A stretch of DNA of 32,000 nucleotides from Desulfobulbus propionicus DSM 2032 (GCF_000186885.1 NC_014972.1:1920001-1952000), one strand, 5' to 3'; counted from the first letter of the stretch, positions 18,627 to 29,935 are shown. Translations and numbers: made by a program. Notes: a model not told the origin generated them from the letters alone.

Positions 18627-21241
18627 TCCTCCATGGTTGACATCTCCCCGGACAGACTGAAACAAAAGGTCGCTCCTTGTCCTTTTTCTCCCCGGGCATG
18701 CAGCCTGCCGCCGTGGCGGTGCACGATCCGTTGCACCGTTGCCAGCCCGATGCCGATGCCGGGGAACTCCTCCTGCCGGTGGAGCCGCTGGAACGGTTGA
18801 AACAATTTGTCGGCATGGGCCGGATCAAATCCAGCCCCATTATCCTCGATGCACATGTACGTCACGTCGCCCTCCTTTCTGGAAAACACCCGGATGATCG
18901 CCTCGTCGCGGCGGCAGGTGTATTTCCAGGCGTTGGCGAGCAGGTTGCGCACCACCACTTCGAGCATGGCCCGGTCGCCGCGGACCAGCAGATTGGGCTC
19001 GATGTGCCAGCGTACCTGGCGCTGGGGTTCCGCCGCAGCCAGGTCTTCCATGATCTGCCGAGCCATTGTGGACAGGTTCACCCGTTGTCGCTGCAATTCG
19101 CCCCGGGTGCTCCGCGACAGGGCCAACAGTCCATCGATCAGCTCCCCCATCTTGCGGCTGCCGATGATGATCTGCTCCAGGTAGACGCGGGCTTCGCCCT
19201 GAAGGAGGTCACCGTAGTCCTCGATCAAGGCCTGGGAAAAGCCGTTCATTGCCCGCAGGGGAGCACGCAGGTCGTGGGAGACGGCATAGGCAAAGCTGTC
19301 CAACTCCCGGTTGGCGGCCGTGAGCTCGGCGGTCCGCTCGGCCACCCGTTGTTCGAGTTCGGCATTGAGCTGGCGAATCTCCATCTCGGCCTCCTTGAAC
19401 CGGGTAATGTCCTCAGAAAAGATCAGGATGCCGCCGATGTCACCGGTGGCAGTATGCCAGGGACGAATTTCCCACCGCTCCCACTGCGTCTGACCGTTGG
19501 CCCGTTCAAAGCGGTCCTCGTCACGATGGAGGATCTCGCCAGCCAGGCCGCGACGGTGCAGCTCTTTCCAATCCGGACCTATTTCAGGAAAAATGTCGTA
19601 GTGGCATTGACCAAGGACAACAGCCTCGCCGATGGAGTAATTATGCAGCCAGCGCCGGCTGACGGCCAGATAGCGCATGTCCCGGTCAAACATGGCCAGG
19701 GCCGCCGGCGCGTGCTCGATGAACAGCGCCAGCCGTTCCTCGCTCTCCCGCAGGGCAGCCAGGACCGCTTCGGCTTTGCCCCGGGCAATGTTGGCGTCCT
19801 GCATCTGGTTGAGTGCCGCGATCCGGCCGTCCCGCTGGCGCTCCAGGGCCTCGGCCAGGGCCCGTTCTGCTTGTTCTTTCTCAGTTATATCAAGAACATA
19901 AGCAATTCGATTGACGGGCCGGCCTTCCTGATCATACAACGCGGTGATATCGATCAATACCGGAAAACGATGTCCCTCCTTGGTGACATGCTCGGTTTGG
20001 AACAAACCATGACTGGTGGAACGCAACGTGGCGACCAAGTCGTTCAAATCTTGTTGTCGGTCTGCCGGGAAGAGGCGCGACAAGGGCATGCCGGTCAGTT
20101 CTTCCCGCCCGTAGCCGCGCTGTCGGGCAAAAGCGGGATTGGCCGCCACGATGGTGTTGGTCTGGGCATCGGCGATCACCAGAGCCAGTTGGGCTTGGTC
20201 AAAGGATTCCGCCCACAGCCGCAAACGGCGTTCCGCCTGGTGGCGATCGGTTTCGTCGAGCAGAATGGTCAACTGCCCTTCCGGCATGAGCGTGGCGAAA
20301 AAGCGAACCAGCCGTTCGGTGCCATCCTTGCATCGCACTCGAAAATCGCCGCCCATGACCGTCTTGTTGTCCGGGCCGAGCCGGCTGAGAGCGGCGTTCC
20401 ACGAGGCCTGCACCTCGGCGCGATACACCGGATCGGGGTAGGCGAGATGCCACCAGTCGTCGACCGTGACGAGCTCTGCCGGAGTATAGCCAAACAGCTG
20501 CTCCATGCGGGCATTGCGGGCGAGAAAGACCTTGGCCTCATTGGTCAAGGTCATCGCAATCGGGGCCGCCTCGAAGAGGGTGCGGAAACGCTCCGCGCTT
20601 TCCTGTAAGGCGGCAAGGGCCTCGTTGAGTTGATGCACACGGAGCCGATCCTTCCGGCGCAGCCGATGGACGGCCCCGCTGACCAGGGAAATGATGAGGC
20701 CGTTGACAATCAGCAGGCTCAATTGGAACAGATCCTGCTCAGCGCCAATGGTGAAACTGCCCGCCGGAGGAATGAGCGCGTAGAGCGTGAGCAGCGTCGA
20801 GACCAGGGTGGCGAAAAGCCCGGGGCCCAAGCCGCCAAACAGGGCGGAAACAATGATCGGCAGGGCGAACATGAACATCAGGGGCCGCTTTTCGATGGGT
20901 ACCGGCAGGAGCAGCCGGAGGCACAGGACCACTCCGGTGAGGGCGGCGGCCAGGATATAGGCCAGCCAGCCAGGCAGGGGATGCGCGGAAACCAGATCGA
21001 ACAGCCCCTCGTCCATCGTTGTTGCCCGAATGTCCGACTCGGCGGCGGGCACGGCATGCAAAACGGAAAACAAGGCCATGCTGGTGACCAGCACGAAAAA
21101 AACACCCTTGGCCCGGGATATCCAGGCGATGGACTGGGAATCGCCCACGGTGGCCAGCAGCTGATCGGAAAGCAGGATCCAGGCGAGCGCCAGCAGCACA
21201 TAGCCGCCGGTGACAACAAGGATATAACGGCGGCGCGTCAT
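18623..21241 (-). CDS. Membrane sensor histidine kinase: DUF4118-like TM domain, PAS x3, HisKA, HATPase
   Basis: N-terminal multi-TM region with a KdpD-type DUF4118 pattern (PLMFMFALPIIVSALFGGLGPGLFATLVS). PAS S-boxes. H-box FAYAVSHDLRAPLRAM. HATPase (NLLANAWKY, EDNGAGFD, GIGIGLATV). Its ATG overlaps the upstream stop (ATGA at 21238-21241). Confidence 0.9.
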   Translation of the reverse strand: MTRRRYILVVTGGYVLLALAWILLSDQLLATVGDSQSIAWISRAKGVFFVLVTSMALFSVLHAVPAAESDIRATTMDEGLFDLVSAHPLPGWLAYILAAALTGVVLCLRLLLPVPIEKRPLMFMFALPIIVSALFGGLGPGLFATLVSTLLTLYALIPPAGSFTIGAEQDLFQLSLLIVNGLIISLVSGAVHRLRRKDRLRVHQLNEALAALQESAERFRTLFEAAPIAMTLTNEAKVFLARNARMEQLFGYTPAELVTVDDWWHLAYPDPVYRAEVQASWNAALSRLGPDNKTVMGGDFRVRCKDGTERLVRFFATLMPEGQLTILLDETDRHQAERRLRLWAESFDQAQLALVIADAQTNTIVAANPAFARQRGYGREELTGMPLSRLFPADRQQDLNDLVATLRSTSHGLFQTEHVTKEGHRFPVLIDITALYDQEGRPVNRIAYVLDITEKEQAERALAEALERQRDGRIAALNQMQDANIARGKAEAVLAALRESEERLALFIEHAPAALAMFDRDMRYLAVSRRWLHNYSIGEAVVLGQCHYDIFPEIGPDWKELHRRGLAGEILHRDEDRFERANGQTQWERWEIRPWHTATGDIGGILIFSEDITRFKEAEMEIRQLNAELEQRVAERTAELTAANRELDSFAYAVSHDLRAPLRAMNGFSQALIEDYGDLLQGEARVYLEQIIIGSRKMGELIDGLLALSRSTRGELQRQRVNLSTMARQIMEDLAAAEPQRQVRWHIEPNLLVRGDRAMLEVVVRNLLANAWKYTCRRDEAIIRVFSRKEGDVTYMCIEDNGAGFDPAHADKLFQPFQRLHRQEEFPGIGIGLATVQRIVHRHGGRLHARGEKGQGATFCFSLSGEMSTMEE

Positions 21242-23532
21242 GGCTCGTCCACCTCGACAAAGGAGAGATCAAAGGGTGGCGGCTGGCCAAGCTGTTCGGA
21301 CAACATGTTGATCTGGCGTTTGAGCTCGATCATTCGCAGTTCACGGCCAACCGAAGCGTGGTTAAACTGTTCTAGTTCCTCGTTGCGGCGCCGCAGTTCT
21401 TCTTCCACCTCCTTGCGCTCGGTGATGTCCTGGACAATGCCGGCCATCCTGCGGCCATCGCCGTCCTCGCCGCCCGCGTGCCGGCCGGCGGCCCAAATCC
21501 AGCGCAGCTGGCCATCCCGGCGCCAGATTCTACATTCGAAACTCCAATTGCCGCCCGTGGCGACCGCCTCCTGGAAGGCGGCGTCGACGTGCTGGCGATC
21601 GTCGGGATGGACATGGTCGAGAAACAGCTCATAGGTCCACTCGGGCAACAGGGCCGCATAGCCGAAGATCTGATCATGACGCAGCGATCGATAGGCGGTG
21701 TGATTGACGAGATCCAGGTCCCAGGCGCCGATCTGGCTGGTTTCCAGGGCAAAGCGGATGCGCTCTTCCCCTTCGTGCAACAGGGTCTGGGTGCGTTTGA
21801 GTTCGGTGATGTCGTTGCCAACGGTGAGAATGCCGGTGACGCGGCCCTGTTCGTCGCGGATCGCTTGATTGGTCCAGGCCATCCAGACACGGCGGCCGTC
21901 GCGGCAGATGTTTTCGTTGGTATTGTGCTGATACCGTTCCGGGGCGGCAATGATGCCACGGACCATGTCCGTCAGATCGGCTCCGTTGGCATCCTCCTTG
22001 GGCACCAGGACACCGATGTGCTGGCCGACGATCTCTTCCTCGCTCCAGCCAAACAACCGTTGGGCAAAGGTATTGATGAAGGTGATGTATCCTTCCCCGG
22101 ACCAATGAATGATGGCGCTGTTGGCGTTCTCCACCAACTGGCGGTAGCGCTGTTCGCTGGCCAGCAGGGCCGCCTCTGCCTCCTTGCGCGCCTGGATGTC
22201 CTCCACCACCGCGACATAGCAGTCTGGAATGCCCTCAATGTTTCGGATCAGGGTGACGCACAGGTTGACCCAGATGGGGGTGCCGTCCTTGCGCAGGTAG
22301 CGTTTTTCCAGGGAGTAGTGTCCGTCCTCGCCGTCGATCAGGCGCCGTTTGGCCAGCAGATCGGCTTCGAGATCATCCGGATGGGTCAGCTGCGGGATGC
22401 CGAGGGCAAGCAGTTCTTCCCGGCTGTAACCGAGAATGGTGCAGAACTGACGGTTTACCCGCAGCCAATGCCCCTCAAGCGTGACCAGGGCGATGCCGAC
22501 CGCGGCCTGCTCGAAGGTGGCATCGAAGCGACTTTCGCTCAAGCGAAGATGCTCGGCTTGTTGGGTGAGCGATTGTTGCACCGTGGCGATCTCGCGAATC
22601 GTGATGGACGAATGACCGGTTCCGTTCGCTCGAGTGAGCGCGGTGATCTGTCGGGTCAAACAACGACCGGCCATGGTGCCGCCAAGCAGGCTGGCGGCGA
22701 TGGCCACCGTCAGGGCCAAGGCCAAGCCAATGCCGGTGGTCGCTATGGGTGCCCAATAGACGGTGCGCGGAATTTCCAGAACCACCGACCAGGGGGAGGT
22801 GGTCAATCTGGCCGTAAACCGTCCCATGCTCTCGATATCGCGCCTGGCATCGAAAGAGGAAGGCGCCCGGCGGGCAATGACATCCCCGCGGCCATCCACC
22901 AGTGACAGCGCCCATGTGTTGGGAAACACGACCTGGTCGAGCCGTTCCTGAAACTGTCGGGTGGCAATGGTGGTCAGCAGGATGTGGGTGACCGTGCCGG
23001 CACGGATTCCCGGCACGGCGATGGCCACCAACGGTTCCTTGGCGACCGGTCCCAAAAAGGTGTCGCTCACTGCCGGCCGCCTGGTGGCGAGGGCCGTCGG
23101 CGCGGCGGCCTGTCCCTGGAAACGCGGCAGCGGCGGCAGGGCGGCGCCCAGGGGGGTGCGGGTGTTGAACAGCATCGGCATGGGATCGCCAAGGCCGGCA
23201 AGGATGACATGGCTGCCAAAGCGTTCCTTGTATCCGAGCGCCTGGGCGTACAAGTCCGGCCAGCGTTGCGGATCGTCGGCCAGGGGCGAGGCCGCCAACA
23301 GATGGAGCGCCCCGATCCGGGCGTCCAAATGGTAATCGATGGCCGTGGCCAGATTTTCGGCGATGGTGGCCGCCTGGCGCCGCATTTCCGCTTGTTTGTC
23401 GAGCACATCGTCAACGGCCAGCCAACCGGCCGTGAGGACCAGCGGCAGGATGGTCAGCAGGAGCAATCCAGTGAGAAAGGTGGACAATGGGCGTTGCGTC
23501 ATGCGATCTCTTCTGCGTTTCCTGCGGCCCAT
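21238..23532 (-). CDS. Membrane Cache-like/PAS multi-domain sensor without a kinase or output domain
   Basis: 764 aa. TM1 (LLLLTILPLVLTAGWLAV), a periplasmic region of about 250 aa, TM2 (IGLALALTVAIAASLLGG), then several PAS domains. Ends in a coiled-coil segment (EELRRRNEELEQFNHASVGRELRMIELKRQINML) with no H-box or ATPase motifs. Confidence 0.8.
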   Translation of the reverse strand: MGRRKRRRDRMTQRPLSTFLTGLLLLTILPLVLTAGWLAVDDVLDKQAEMRRQAATIAENLATAIDYHLDARIGALHLLAASPLADDPQRWPDLYAQALGYKERFGSHVILAGLGDPMPMLFNTRTPLGAALPPLPRFQGQAAAPTALATRRPAVSDTFLGPVAKEPLVAIAVPGIRAGTVTHILLTTIATRQFQERLDQVVFPNTWALSLVDGRGDVIARRAPSSFDARRDIESMGRFTARLTTSPWSVVLEIPRTVYWAPIATTGIGLALALTVAIAASLLGGTMAGRCLTRQITALTRANGTGHSSITIREIATVQQSLTQQAEHLRLSESRFDATFEQAAVGIALVTLEGHWLRVNRQFCTILGYSREELLALGIPQLTHPDDLEADLLAKRRLIDGEDGHYSLEKRYLRKDGTPIWVNLCVTLIRNIEGIPDCYVAVVEDIQARKEAEAALLASEQRYRQLVENANSAIIHWSGEGYITFINTFAQRLFGWSEEEIVGQHIGVLVPKEDANGADLTDMVRGIIAAPERYQHNTNENICRDGRRVWMAWTNQAIRDEQGRVTGILTVGNDITELKRTQTLLHEGEERIRFALETSQIGAWDLDLVNHTAYRSLRHDQIFGYAALLPEWTYELFLDHVHPDDRQHVDAAFQEAVATGGNWSFECRIWRRDGQLRWIWAAGRHAGGEDGDGRRMAGIVQDITERKEVEEELRRRNEELEQFNHASVGRELRMIELKRQINMLSEQLGQPPPFDLSFVEVDEP

Positions 23533-23677
23533 TCCCCAAGGCGGGACAGGCGAGGCATTGGCGGTATTGTTTCAGGGATATTGTTTTCTGATAGCCTAGA
23601 AAATCGATTATGGCAAGTCTACGGCAGAAGAGGCTTGCGGTCGGCGGGAACGCGAAAGCTGTCCCCTCGAACGTACC

Positions 23678-26600
23678 CTAGAGTGAGCGTGCCGGGGACA
23701 CATCCGCCGGCACGGTTTTGCCGAGCGCCTCCCTGAGTTTGACGGAAAGATCCGAGCGCGTGAACGGCTTGTGAATGAACTGCACCCCCGCGCTGACCAC
23801 TTCCTGGGGCATGATGATATTATCGGTATATCCAGACATATAGAGCACGTTGAGTTGTGGATGCAGGCCTGCCAGCTGTTGCCGCAATGCATGGCCGTTC
23901 ATTCCCGGCAGGATCACATCGGTGAGCAGGAGGTCAATCTTGCCGGTCCATTCCCTGGCCAGATGCAAGGCCTGTTCGGGGAGACGGGAGGCCAGCACCG
24001 TATATCCCAAGCGTTCCAGCATGGTGGTGACCATGGTCAAGATGGCGCGATCATCCTCGACCAGCAACACGGTTTCCTGGTGTCCTGGGGCCATGTCGGT
24101 GCTCGCTGGGCGCGCGGCGCGCGCTGGTTGCGCGTGATGCGCCGGGAGATGGATGTCGAACCTGGTCCCCTGGCCGGGTGTGCTGTGGACCTGGATTGTT
24201 CCCCGGTTCTGTTTGACGATTCCATAGACCGTGGACAGCCCGAGTCCGGTGCCGTGACCGACTCCCTTGGTGGTGAAAAATGGTTCGAATATTTTATCGA
24301 TCAGTGGTTTTTCGATGCCGCAGCCCGTGTCGCTCACCGAGAGCCGCACGTAGGCGCCGGGGGCACATTCATCGTTTTCCGCCCGGTTTCCTTCATCCAC
24401 GACAACATCCTGGGTGGCGATGACGATGGTTCCGGTCCCGTCGATGGCATCGCGGGCATTGATGCAGAGGTTGGCCACAATCTGATCCACCTGAACCGGA
24501 TCCATGGTGATGGCCGGCACCCCCTGGGCGGGACGCCAGATCAGTTCAATCTGTTCGCCGAGCATCGGCCTGAGCATGTTCAGCATGCCTTCGACCGTGC
24601 TGTTGAGGTTCAGCACCTTGGGCGCGATGATCTGCTGTCTGGAAAAGGCGAGCAACTGGCGGACAATATCGGCGGAGCGACTGGCCGCCTCCAGGATCTT
24701 GCGCAGGTTGTGATGGATTTTCTGTGACGGCTCCGTCTGTTCCAGGGCCATTTCCGTGTAGCCGATGATCACCGAGAGGATATTGTTGAAATCGTGGGCC
24801 ACGCCGCCGGTCAATCGACCAACCGACTCCATTTTCTGCGCCTGGAGAAATTGCTGTTCCAACTTGAGATGAGCGGTGATATCCCGTTTTACCGCCACAT
24901 AGTTGATGATCTCCCCCCCTGGAGCGAACACCGGTGAAATGGTCGCCTCTTCGGTATACAGCGAACCATCCTTGCGTTTGTTGACCAAACGGCCGTTCCA
25001 CGTTTTCCCTTTGGAGATGGTCGCCCACAAGTCCTGATAAAAGGCTGCGTCGTGCTGGCCGCTTTTGAGCACGCGCGGATTCTGGCCGACAATATCCTCC
25101 AGGGTGTGGCCGGTGAGCTGTTCAAAGGCGGGATTGGCGTATTGCACGGTTCCCTGGGGGTCGGTGACAATGAAGATTTCTCCGGCTTGGTCGATGGCCA
25201 CCCGCAGCCGTTCCAGATCGGCGGCCTTCTGCTTGGTCTCGGTGATGTCCAGGGCGGTGAAGGTGACGCCCTCGCCGAGATCCCCGGGGTTGAACGGCGT
25301 GGATCCGAGCAGAACATCGATGCATTGGCCATCCTTGCGCACCCATTGGGTTTCCATTGTTCCTGTCCCCCGTTGCGCGATCATCCGATATTTTCCCACG
25401 CCGACACGCAGGTATTCGTGCTCGTCGGGGTAGAGCAAGCGCGCGTCCTGGCCTGTCAGCTCTGCCTGGGTATAGCCGGTCATCGCGCACAGGTGATCGT
25501 TGACCGTGACAAACACGCGCTGCCGGACGACGCCAATGCCCACGGGGGCCGCCCGAAAGATGCTGCGCAGATAATTCTCCTTGGCCTGCAAGGCCTCTTG
25601 GGCCATCTTCTGGCTGGTGACATCGTGGACGATGGAATGGAGCAGGGTTCTGCCGGCCACTTCGATGTTGCTGTTGAACACATCAACATCGCGGACCGAG
25701 CCATCCGCCAACCGGTGGCGAAAGGCAAAATACTTGCGCCGGGCATGCTTGGCCTTGTTGATTTCCCGTTGAATGTCCTCCAGCGGCAAGGTGTTGATCT
25801 GGGCGATATTCATCTGGATGAGGAGCTCTTTGGGCCACCCGTAAAACAGTTCCGCCGCCTGGTTGGCCTCGATGATATCGCCGGTGTCTGGATCAATGAT
25901 CAGCTTGACTGCCGCGTGGTGTTCAAAGAGATTTCTGAACAACAACTCGCTGCGTTGCAGCCGTTGCCGGGCCCTGTCTTCCTCGCCGATATCGCGAAAG
26001 ACGAGCACCGTGCCGGCGCGGTCATGGTGCCCGTCACGGATTGCGGCGGTGTGTTGGGTGATCGTGTACTGGGCGCCATCACGGCAACGGAGGACAGCCC
26101 GGCCGGCGGAACCTTCCCTGGGGACAGGACCGCCCTGGCCATCGACCATCCGCACGACCTCGGTCAGCGGTTTGTTGATGGCCTCGGCAAGCGTCCAGCC
26201 CGTCAGCGCCTCGGCCACGGGATTCATGAACAGAACCCTGTTGTGGGCATCCGTCGAGAGGACGGCCTCGCCAAGGGAGTGCAAAATGGTGTGCAGGTGC
26301 TCCTTGGTTTGTCGCACTTCGTTGAGAAAGCGAAAGCGGTTTTCCTGATCCAGGAGAATTTTCCCGGCAAGAAGGGTGGCCAGGGGATAAAGCATCAGCA
26401 CCGGCAGGCCGATCGATGCAAGGGTATCCAGGGCCCTGGGCAGGGGCAGGGAGAACAGCATGGTCAGCATGGCACAGTGGACAAGCAGACCAAAGCGGTA
26501 CAGATCCCACGCGGTGAGCGAGGTCGTGTTCCCTCGAAGAGAACGATGGACAAGCAGGCCAATGCCCGAGGAACTGAGCACCAACAGTACCCCGGTGGCC

Positions 26601-26899
26601 ATGCCCATCCCTCCCATTGCCAACCGCGAGCCGATGGTGCACAGCGAGGCGAGGGTGGCGGTCACCGGTCCGTAAAAGAGCGCGCCCAGACTGAGGATCA
26701 TGGAGCGGCCATCGAAAAACAGACCCGGCTCGACCTGCACGGGATGGAGCATGCCCAGGACGGCGACACCGCCAAACAGGCAGCCCTGCACCACCTGACC
26801 CTGCAAGGTCTGCCGCGCCCAGCGTTGTTCAACAAAGCCGGAGACAACGCTCAGGGCGATCAACAGGGTCAGGTTGAAAAGAAGATCATGGAAGATCAT
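23678..26899 (-). CDS. Hybrid sensor histidine kinase: 5TMR-LYT membrane domain, PAS x4-5, HisKA, HATPase, REC
   Basis: From the ATG at 26899: [22 protein letters not shown]...[18 protein letters not shown] (LytS/YhcK 5TM receptor pattern). H-box [18 protein letters not shown]. HATPase ([17 protein letters not shown]). C-terminal receiver (VLLVEDD...[13 protein letters not shown]). The track start at 27022 would overlap cheB and adds non-hydrophobic junk. Confidence 0.85.
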   Translation of the reverse strand: MIFHDLLFNLTLLIALSVVSGFVEQRWARQTLQGQVVQGCLFGGVAVLGMLHPVQVEPGLFFDGRSMILSLGALFYGPVTATLASLCTIGSRLAMGGMGMATGVLLVLSSSGIGLLVHRSLRGNTTSLTAWDLYRFGLLVHCAMLTMLFSLPLPRALDTLASIGLPVLMLYPLATLLAGKILLDQENRFRFLNEVRQTKEHLHTILHSLGEAVLSTDAHNRVLFMNPVAEALTGWTLAEAINKPLTEVVRMVDGQGGPVPREGSAGRAVLRCRDGAQYTITQHTAAIRDGHHDRAGTVLVFRDIGEEDRARQRLQRSELLFRNLFEHHAAVKLIIDPDTGDIIEANQAAELFYGWPKELLIQMNIAQINTLPLEDIQREINKAKHARRKYFAFRHRLADGSVRDVDVFNSNIEVAGRTLLHSIVHDVTSQKMAQEALQAKENYLRSIFRAAPVGIGVVRQRVFVTVNDHLCAMTGYTQAELTGQDARLLYPDEHEYLRVGVGKYRMIAQRGTGTMETQWVRKDGQCIDVLLGSTPFNPGDLGEGVTFTALDITETKQKAADLERLRVAIDQAGEIFIVTDPQGTVQYANPAFEQLTGHTLEDIVGQNPRVLKSGQHDAAFYQDLWATISKGKTWNGRLVNKRKDGSLYTEEATISPVFAPGGEIINYVAVKRDITAHLKLEQQFLQAQKMESVGRLTGGVAHDFNNILSVIIGYTEMALEQTEPSQKIHHNLRKILEAASRSADIVRQLLAFSRQQIIAPKVLNLNSTVEGMLNMLRPMLGEQIELIWRPAQGVPAITMDPVQVDQIVANLCINARDAIDGTGTIVIATQDVVVDEGNRAENDECAPGAYVRLSVSDTGCGIEKPLIDKIFEPFFTTKGVGHGTGLGLSTVYGIVKQNRGTIQVHSTPGQGTRFDIHLPAHHAQPARAARPASTDMAPGHQETVLLVEDDRAILTMVTTMLERLGYTVLASRLPEQALHLAREWTGKIDLLLTDVILPGMNGHALRQQLAGLHPQLNVLYMSGYTDNIIMPQEVVSAGVQFIHKPFTRSDLSVKLREALGKTVPADVSPARSL

Positions 26900-26954
26900 G
26901 GGAAAAGCAATGGGTTGTGTGTCGATCTGGAAGATGTTATTCGGTGCGCCGGCA

Positions 26955-28028
26955 TCAGACGCACAGCCGCAATACCTCGGGGGCGATGCGCTCAAGGGGC
27001 AGCACCTTGTGCACCCCGCCATGTTTGATCGCCTCGGCCGGCATGCCGAAGACCACGCAGCTGGCCTCGTCCTGGGCGATGGTGATCGCGCCGGCCTCGA
27101 ACAGTTCCCTCATGCTCCGCGCGCCGTCATCGCCCATGCCGGTCATGATCACCCCAACCACGTTCTTGCCGCCATAGCGGGCGGCGGAGCGGAACAGCAC
27201 GTCCACCGACGGCCGGTGCCGCGAAACCAGGGGGCCGTCCTTCACTTCCACATGATACCGGGCGCCGCTGCGCTTGAGCAGGGTATGTCGATTGCCAGGG
27301 GCGATCAGCACCCGGCCAGGCACCACGCTATCGTTGTCCATGGCTTCCTTGACCGTTACCCGGCACAGGCCATCCAGCCGTCGGGCAAAGGCGGCGGTGA
27401 AATATTCGGGCATGTGCTGGACGATCACCACCCCGGGCGCATCCTCGGGCAGCATCTCCAGAAAAACCTTCAGGGCCTCGGTGCCGCCGGTGGAGGCGCC
27501 GACCATCACCACCTTGTCGGTGGTCTGGAGCATGGCCTGGGAGGTCGGTTTGGCCATGATCACGTCGGCTGAATAGCGGGGTGACGGTTCTTTCAGCGTG
27601 CTGCGGCCAGGTGGTGTTTTCCCCGGACGGACAGCGGCGGCGCCCTTGATCGCGTCGCAGATCATGATGCGCGACTCCTCGATGAACTGCTTGGTGCCCA
27701 TGCGCGGCTTGGTGATGATGTCGACAGCCCCGTATTCGATGGCCTTGAGCATCGATTCGCTGCCCCCACCGGCCAGGCTGGAGCACATCACCACCGGAAT
27801 GGGATGCTGACTCATGAGCTTGCGCAGGAAGGTCAAGCCATCCATGCGCGGCATTTCGATGTCCAGGGTGATGACATCGGGGATGACCGTGCGCAGCCGT
27901 TCCGCCGCGGCAAAGGGGTCGGCGGCGGTGGCAACCACCTCGATATCCGGGTCAGCGTTGAGTATCGCACACAGGGTTTGCCGCACCAGGGCCGAGTCGT
28001 CGACCACCAGCACCTTGATTTTCTTCAC
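26955..28028 (-). CDS. cheB: Chemotaxis response regulator protein-glutamate methylesterase CheB
   Basis: Receiver ([15 protein letters not shown]...[12 protein letters not shown]). Methylesterase motifs ([27 protein letters not shown]). The preferred start is the GTG at 28028, with AGGGAGG 5 nt upstream and a GTGA overlap with the cheD stop. Confidence 0.9.
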   Translation of the reverse strand: MKKIKVLVVDDSALVRQTLCAILNADPDIEVVATAADPFAAAERLRTVIPDVITLDIEMPRMDGLTFLRKLMSQHPIPVVMCSSLAGGGSESMLKAIEYGAVDIITKPRMGTKQFIEESRIMICDAIKGAAAVRPGKTPPGRSTLKEPSPRYSADVIMAKPTSQAMLQTTDKVVMVGASTGGTEALKVFLEMLPEDAPGVVIVQHMPEYFTAAFARRLDGLCRVTVKEAMDNDSVVPGRVLIAPGNRHTLLKRSGARYHVEVKDGPLVSRHRPSVDVLFRSAARYGGKNVVGVIMTGMGDDGARSMRELFEAGAITIAQDEASCVVFGMPAEAIKHGGVHKVLPLERIAPEVLRLCV

Positions 28029-28543
28029 GGAAACCTCCCTTGCATGCAGGTGCAACCGTTGTCCCTGTGTCGCAGTTTGCGTACATAGACATCGCCGGTC
28101 TTGATCGAGAACAGCACTTTCCTTCCCACGTTCCCGCCAGTGTCGGCATTGGCGATACCCAGGCCAAGCTGTTCCAAGGTCTGCCGGGCCTGGCGGATGT
28201 TCTGCGCGCCCACCGCCAGCCTGGCATCGATGATCGGCTCGCAGGCCAGGACTTGGGCGCCGCCGAACAGTTTGACCACCAGTTGCTTGCTGCGCCGGTA
28301 CCGTTGTATCTGTTGATACATGGCACGCACCGCCGTGCCCACGTGGCGCAGGTCGTTGTTGCCGGACGGATCGTCCGGAAGCATCGCGTGGCAGATGGCG
28401 CCGATACCCTGATCCGGGGCATACAGGGTCACCGCCACACAGGAGCCTAGAATGGTGCTCACCAGCAGGGGTTCGGCGGTCACGATCACCTCGCCCGGCT
28501 TGAGAAAGGCTTGCCTGCTATGGCCGGCGAGAAAGGGGATCAT
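28025..28543 (-). CDS. cheD: Chemoreceptor glutamine deamidase CheD
   Basis: Only the C-terminal 172 aa of the 338-aa track ORF look genuine: MIPFLAGHS...[13 protein letters not shown]...AICHAMLP...KLFGGA. The ATG at 28543 overlaps the cheR stop (ATGA). Confidence 0.85.
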   Translation of the reverse strand: MIPFLAGHSRQAFLKPGEVIVTAEPLLVSTILGSCVAVTLYAPDQGIGAICHAMLPDDPSGNNDLRHVGTAVRAMYQQIQRYRRSKQLVVKLFGGAQVLACEPIIDARLAVGAQNIRQARQTLEQLGLGIANADTGGNVGRKVLFSIKTGDVYVRKLRHRDNGCTCMQGRFP

Positions 28544-29421
28544 TGTTTCTGATAGACGGTGGAACCCACGGTGACGAAATCGACATCCAGACCGTTGATG
28601 GTTTCGGAATGGCCGAGAAACAGATAGCCGCCCGGGCGGAGTTGACGATGGAACTTGCGGATCAGCTCCTGCTGGGTGGGTTTGTCGAAATAGATGATCA
28701 CGTTGCGGCAGAAAATGATGTCCATTTTCTCGGACAGGCCGAAATGATCCTCCATGAAATTGATCCGGCGAAACACCACCCGCGCCCGCAGTTCCGGGCT
28801 GATGCGCACCAGGCCACGGCTCCGGTCCTTGCTGCGCAGGAGATATTTTTTCTTCAGGCCGATAGCGATGCCCTCGGTGCGTTCCTGGGGATAGACCCCG
28901 GTTTGCGCGGCTTCGAGAATGCGGGTGCTGATATCCGAGGCCAGGATGGAAAAACGGAATGGGGGATGCCCCGCCGCGAATTCGGCGAGCACCATGGCCA
29001 GGGTATAGGGTTCCTCGCCGCTGGAACAGCCGGCGCTCCACAGGCGCAGGGGTTCCTCGAACCGATCGCCCCGCCGCGCCCGCAGCGCGGGCAGGGCCGT
29101 GTGGGTCAGATACTCGAAATGGCCGGGTTCGCGAAAAAAATCGGTCTTGTTGGTGGTGACCACGTCGATCAGGTGCACCATTTCCGTCCGCTGCCCTTCG
29201 GGACTGAAGACATAGCTGCCGTAGGCCTCGAAGGAATCCAGGCGCAGGACCTTGAGCCGCTTGTGCAGCCTGGATTCAAGCATGGTCTTTTTCGCCGGCG
29301 GCAGTTGGATGCCCACCCGTTGGCGGATCAGGGCGCTAAACTGCGTGAACTCCCTGTCGCGCATTTTAGCCGGCGCCAGCCCCTGGGACGTGCGCCCTGT
29401 TTCCGCCGCTGTCGGCTGCAT
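28540..29421 (-). CDS. cheR: Chemotaxis protein methyltransferase CheR
   Basis: FFREPGHFEYL, SAM-binding LRLWSAGCSSGEEPYTLAM, IFCRNVIIYFD. The start is uncertain (ATG at 29421 preferred over 29460, which would overlap cheW). Confidence 0.9.
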   Translation of the reverse strand: MQPTAAETGRTSQGLAPAKMRDREFTQFSALIRQRVGIQLPPAKKTMLESRLHKRLKVLRLDSFEAYGSYVFSPEGQRTEMVHLIDVVTTNKTDFFREPGHFEYLTHTALPALRARRGDRFEEPLRLWSAGCSSGEEPYTLAMVLAEFAAGHPPFRFSILASDISTRILEAAQTGVYPQERTEGIAIGLKKKYLLRSKDRSRGLVRISPELRARVVFRRINFMEDHFGLSEKMDIIFCRNVIIYFDKPTQQELIRKFHRQLRPGGYLFLGHSETINGLDVDFVTVGSTVYQKQ

Positions 29422-29446
29422 GTTCCGCTTCCCGCAACTGGTTCGC

Positions 29447-29935
29447 TTATTGGGCCGCATTGCCCTGGATATCGCCCAGTTGCTCGGACGAGAACACCTT
29501 GTCGATATCGAGGATCATGACAAAATCATGATCGACCTTGCCCATGCCACGGATGAACTCGGTGTTCAGCTTGGTGCCCAGTTGGGGTGGCGGCTCGATC
29601 TGCTCGGGCTCCATCTCCACCACCTCCTGGACCGAATCGGCCAGCACGCCGAGGATCAGCACCTCGCCCGCCAGGTTGACCTCGACCACGATGATACAGG
29701 TATTGACGGTCTGTTCGGTGCATGGCATGCCGAAGTTGAGCCGCAGATCCACCACCGGCACCACGCTGCCGCGCAGGTTGATCACCCCGCGCATGAACTC
29801 CGGGGTTTGCGGCACCTTGGTGATGGAGGTCATCTCCAGAATTTCCCGCACTTTGGCGACATCGAAGGCAAAGACCTCGTCGGCCAGTTTAAAGGTCAGG
29901 TATTGAACAGTTTCAGTGATTCCGGCCACGCTCAT
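29447..29935 (-). CDS. cheW: Chemotaxis coupling protein CheW
   Basis: From the ATG at 29935 (GAGGAA Shine-Dalgarno): MSVAGITETVQYLTFKLADEVFAFDVAKVREIL...INLRGSVVPVVDLR. About 162 aa, typical CheW size. The track N-terminal extension is implausible. Confidence 0.9.
   Translation of the reverse strand: MSVAGITETVQYLTFKLADEVFAFDVAKVREILEMTSITKVPQTPEFMRGVINLRGSVVPVVDLRLNFGMPCTEQTVNTCIIVVEVNLAGEVLILGVLADSVQEVVEMEPEQIEPPPQLGTKLNTEFIRGMGKVDHDFVMILDIDKVFSSEQLGDIQGNAAQ

Noticed and set aside
28544-29041. N-terminal 166 aa of the 338-aa track ORF 28025..29041.
   Set aside because: This part lies entirely inside cheR in another frame and has a Pro/Arg/Gly-rich shadow composition. Only the C-terminal 172 aa (CheD) carry family motifs, and they start at an ATGA overlap with the cheR stop.
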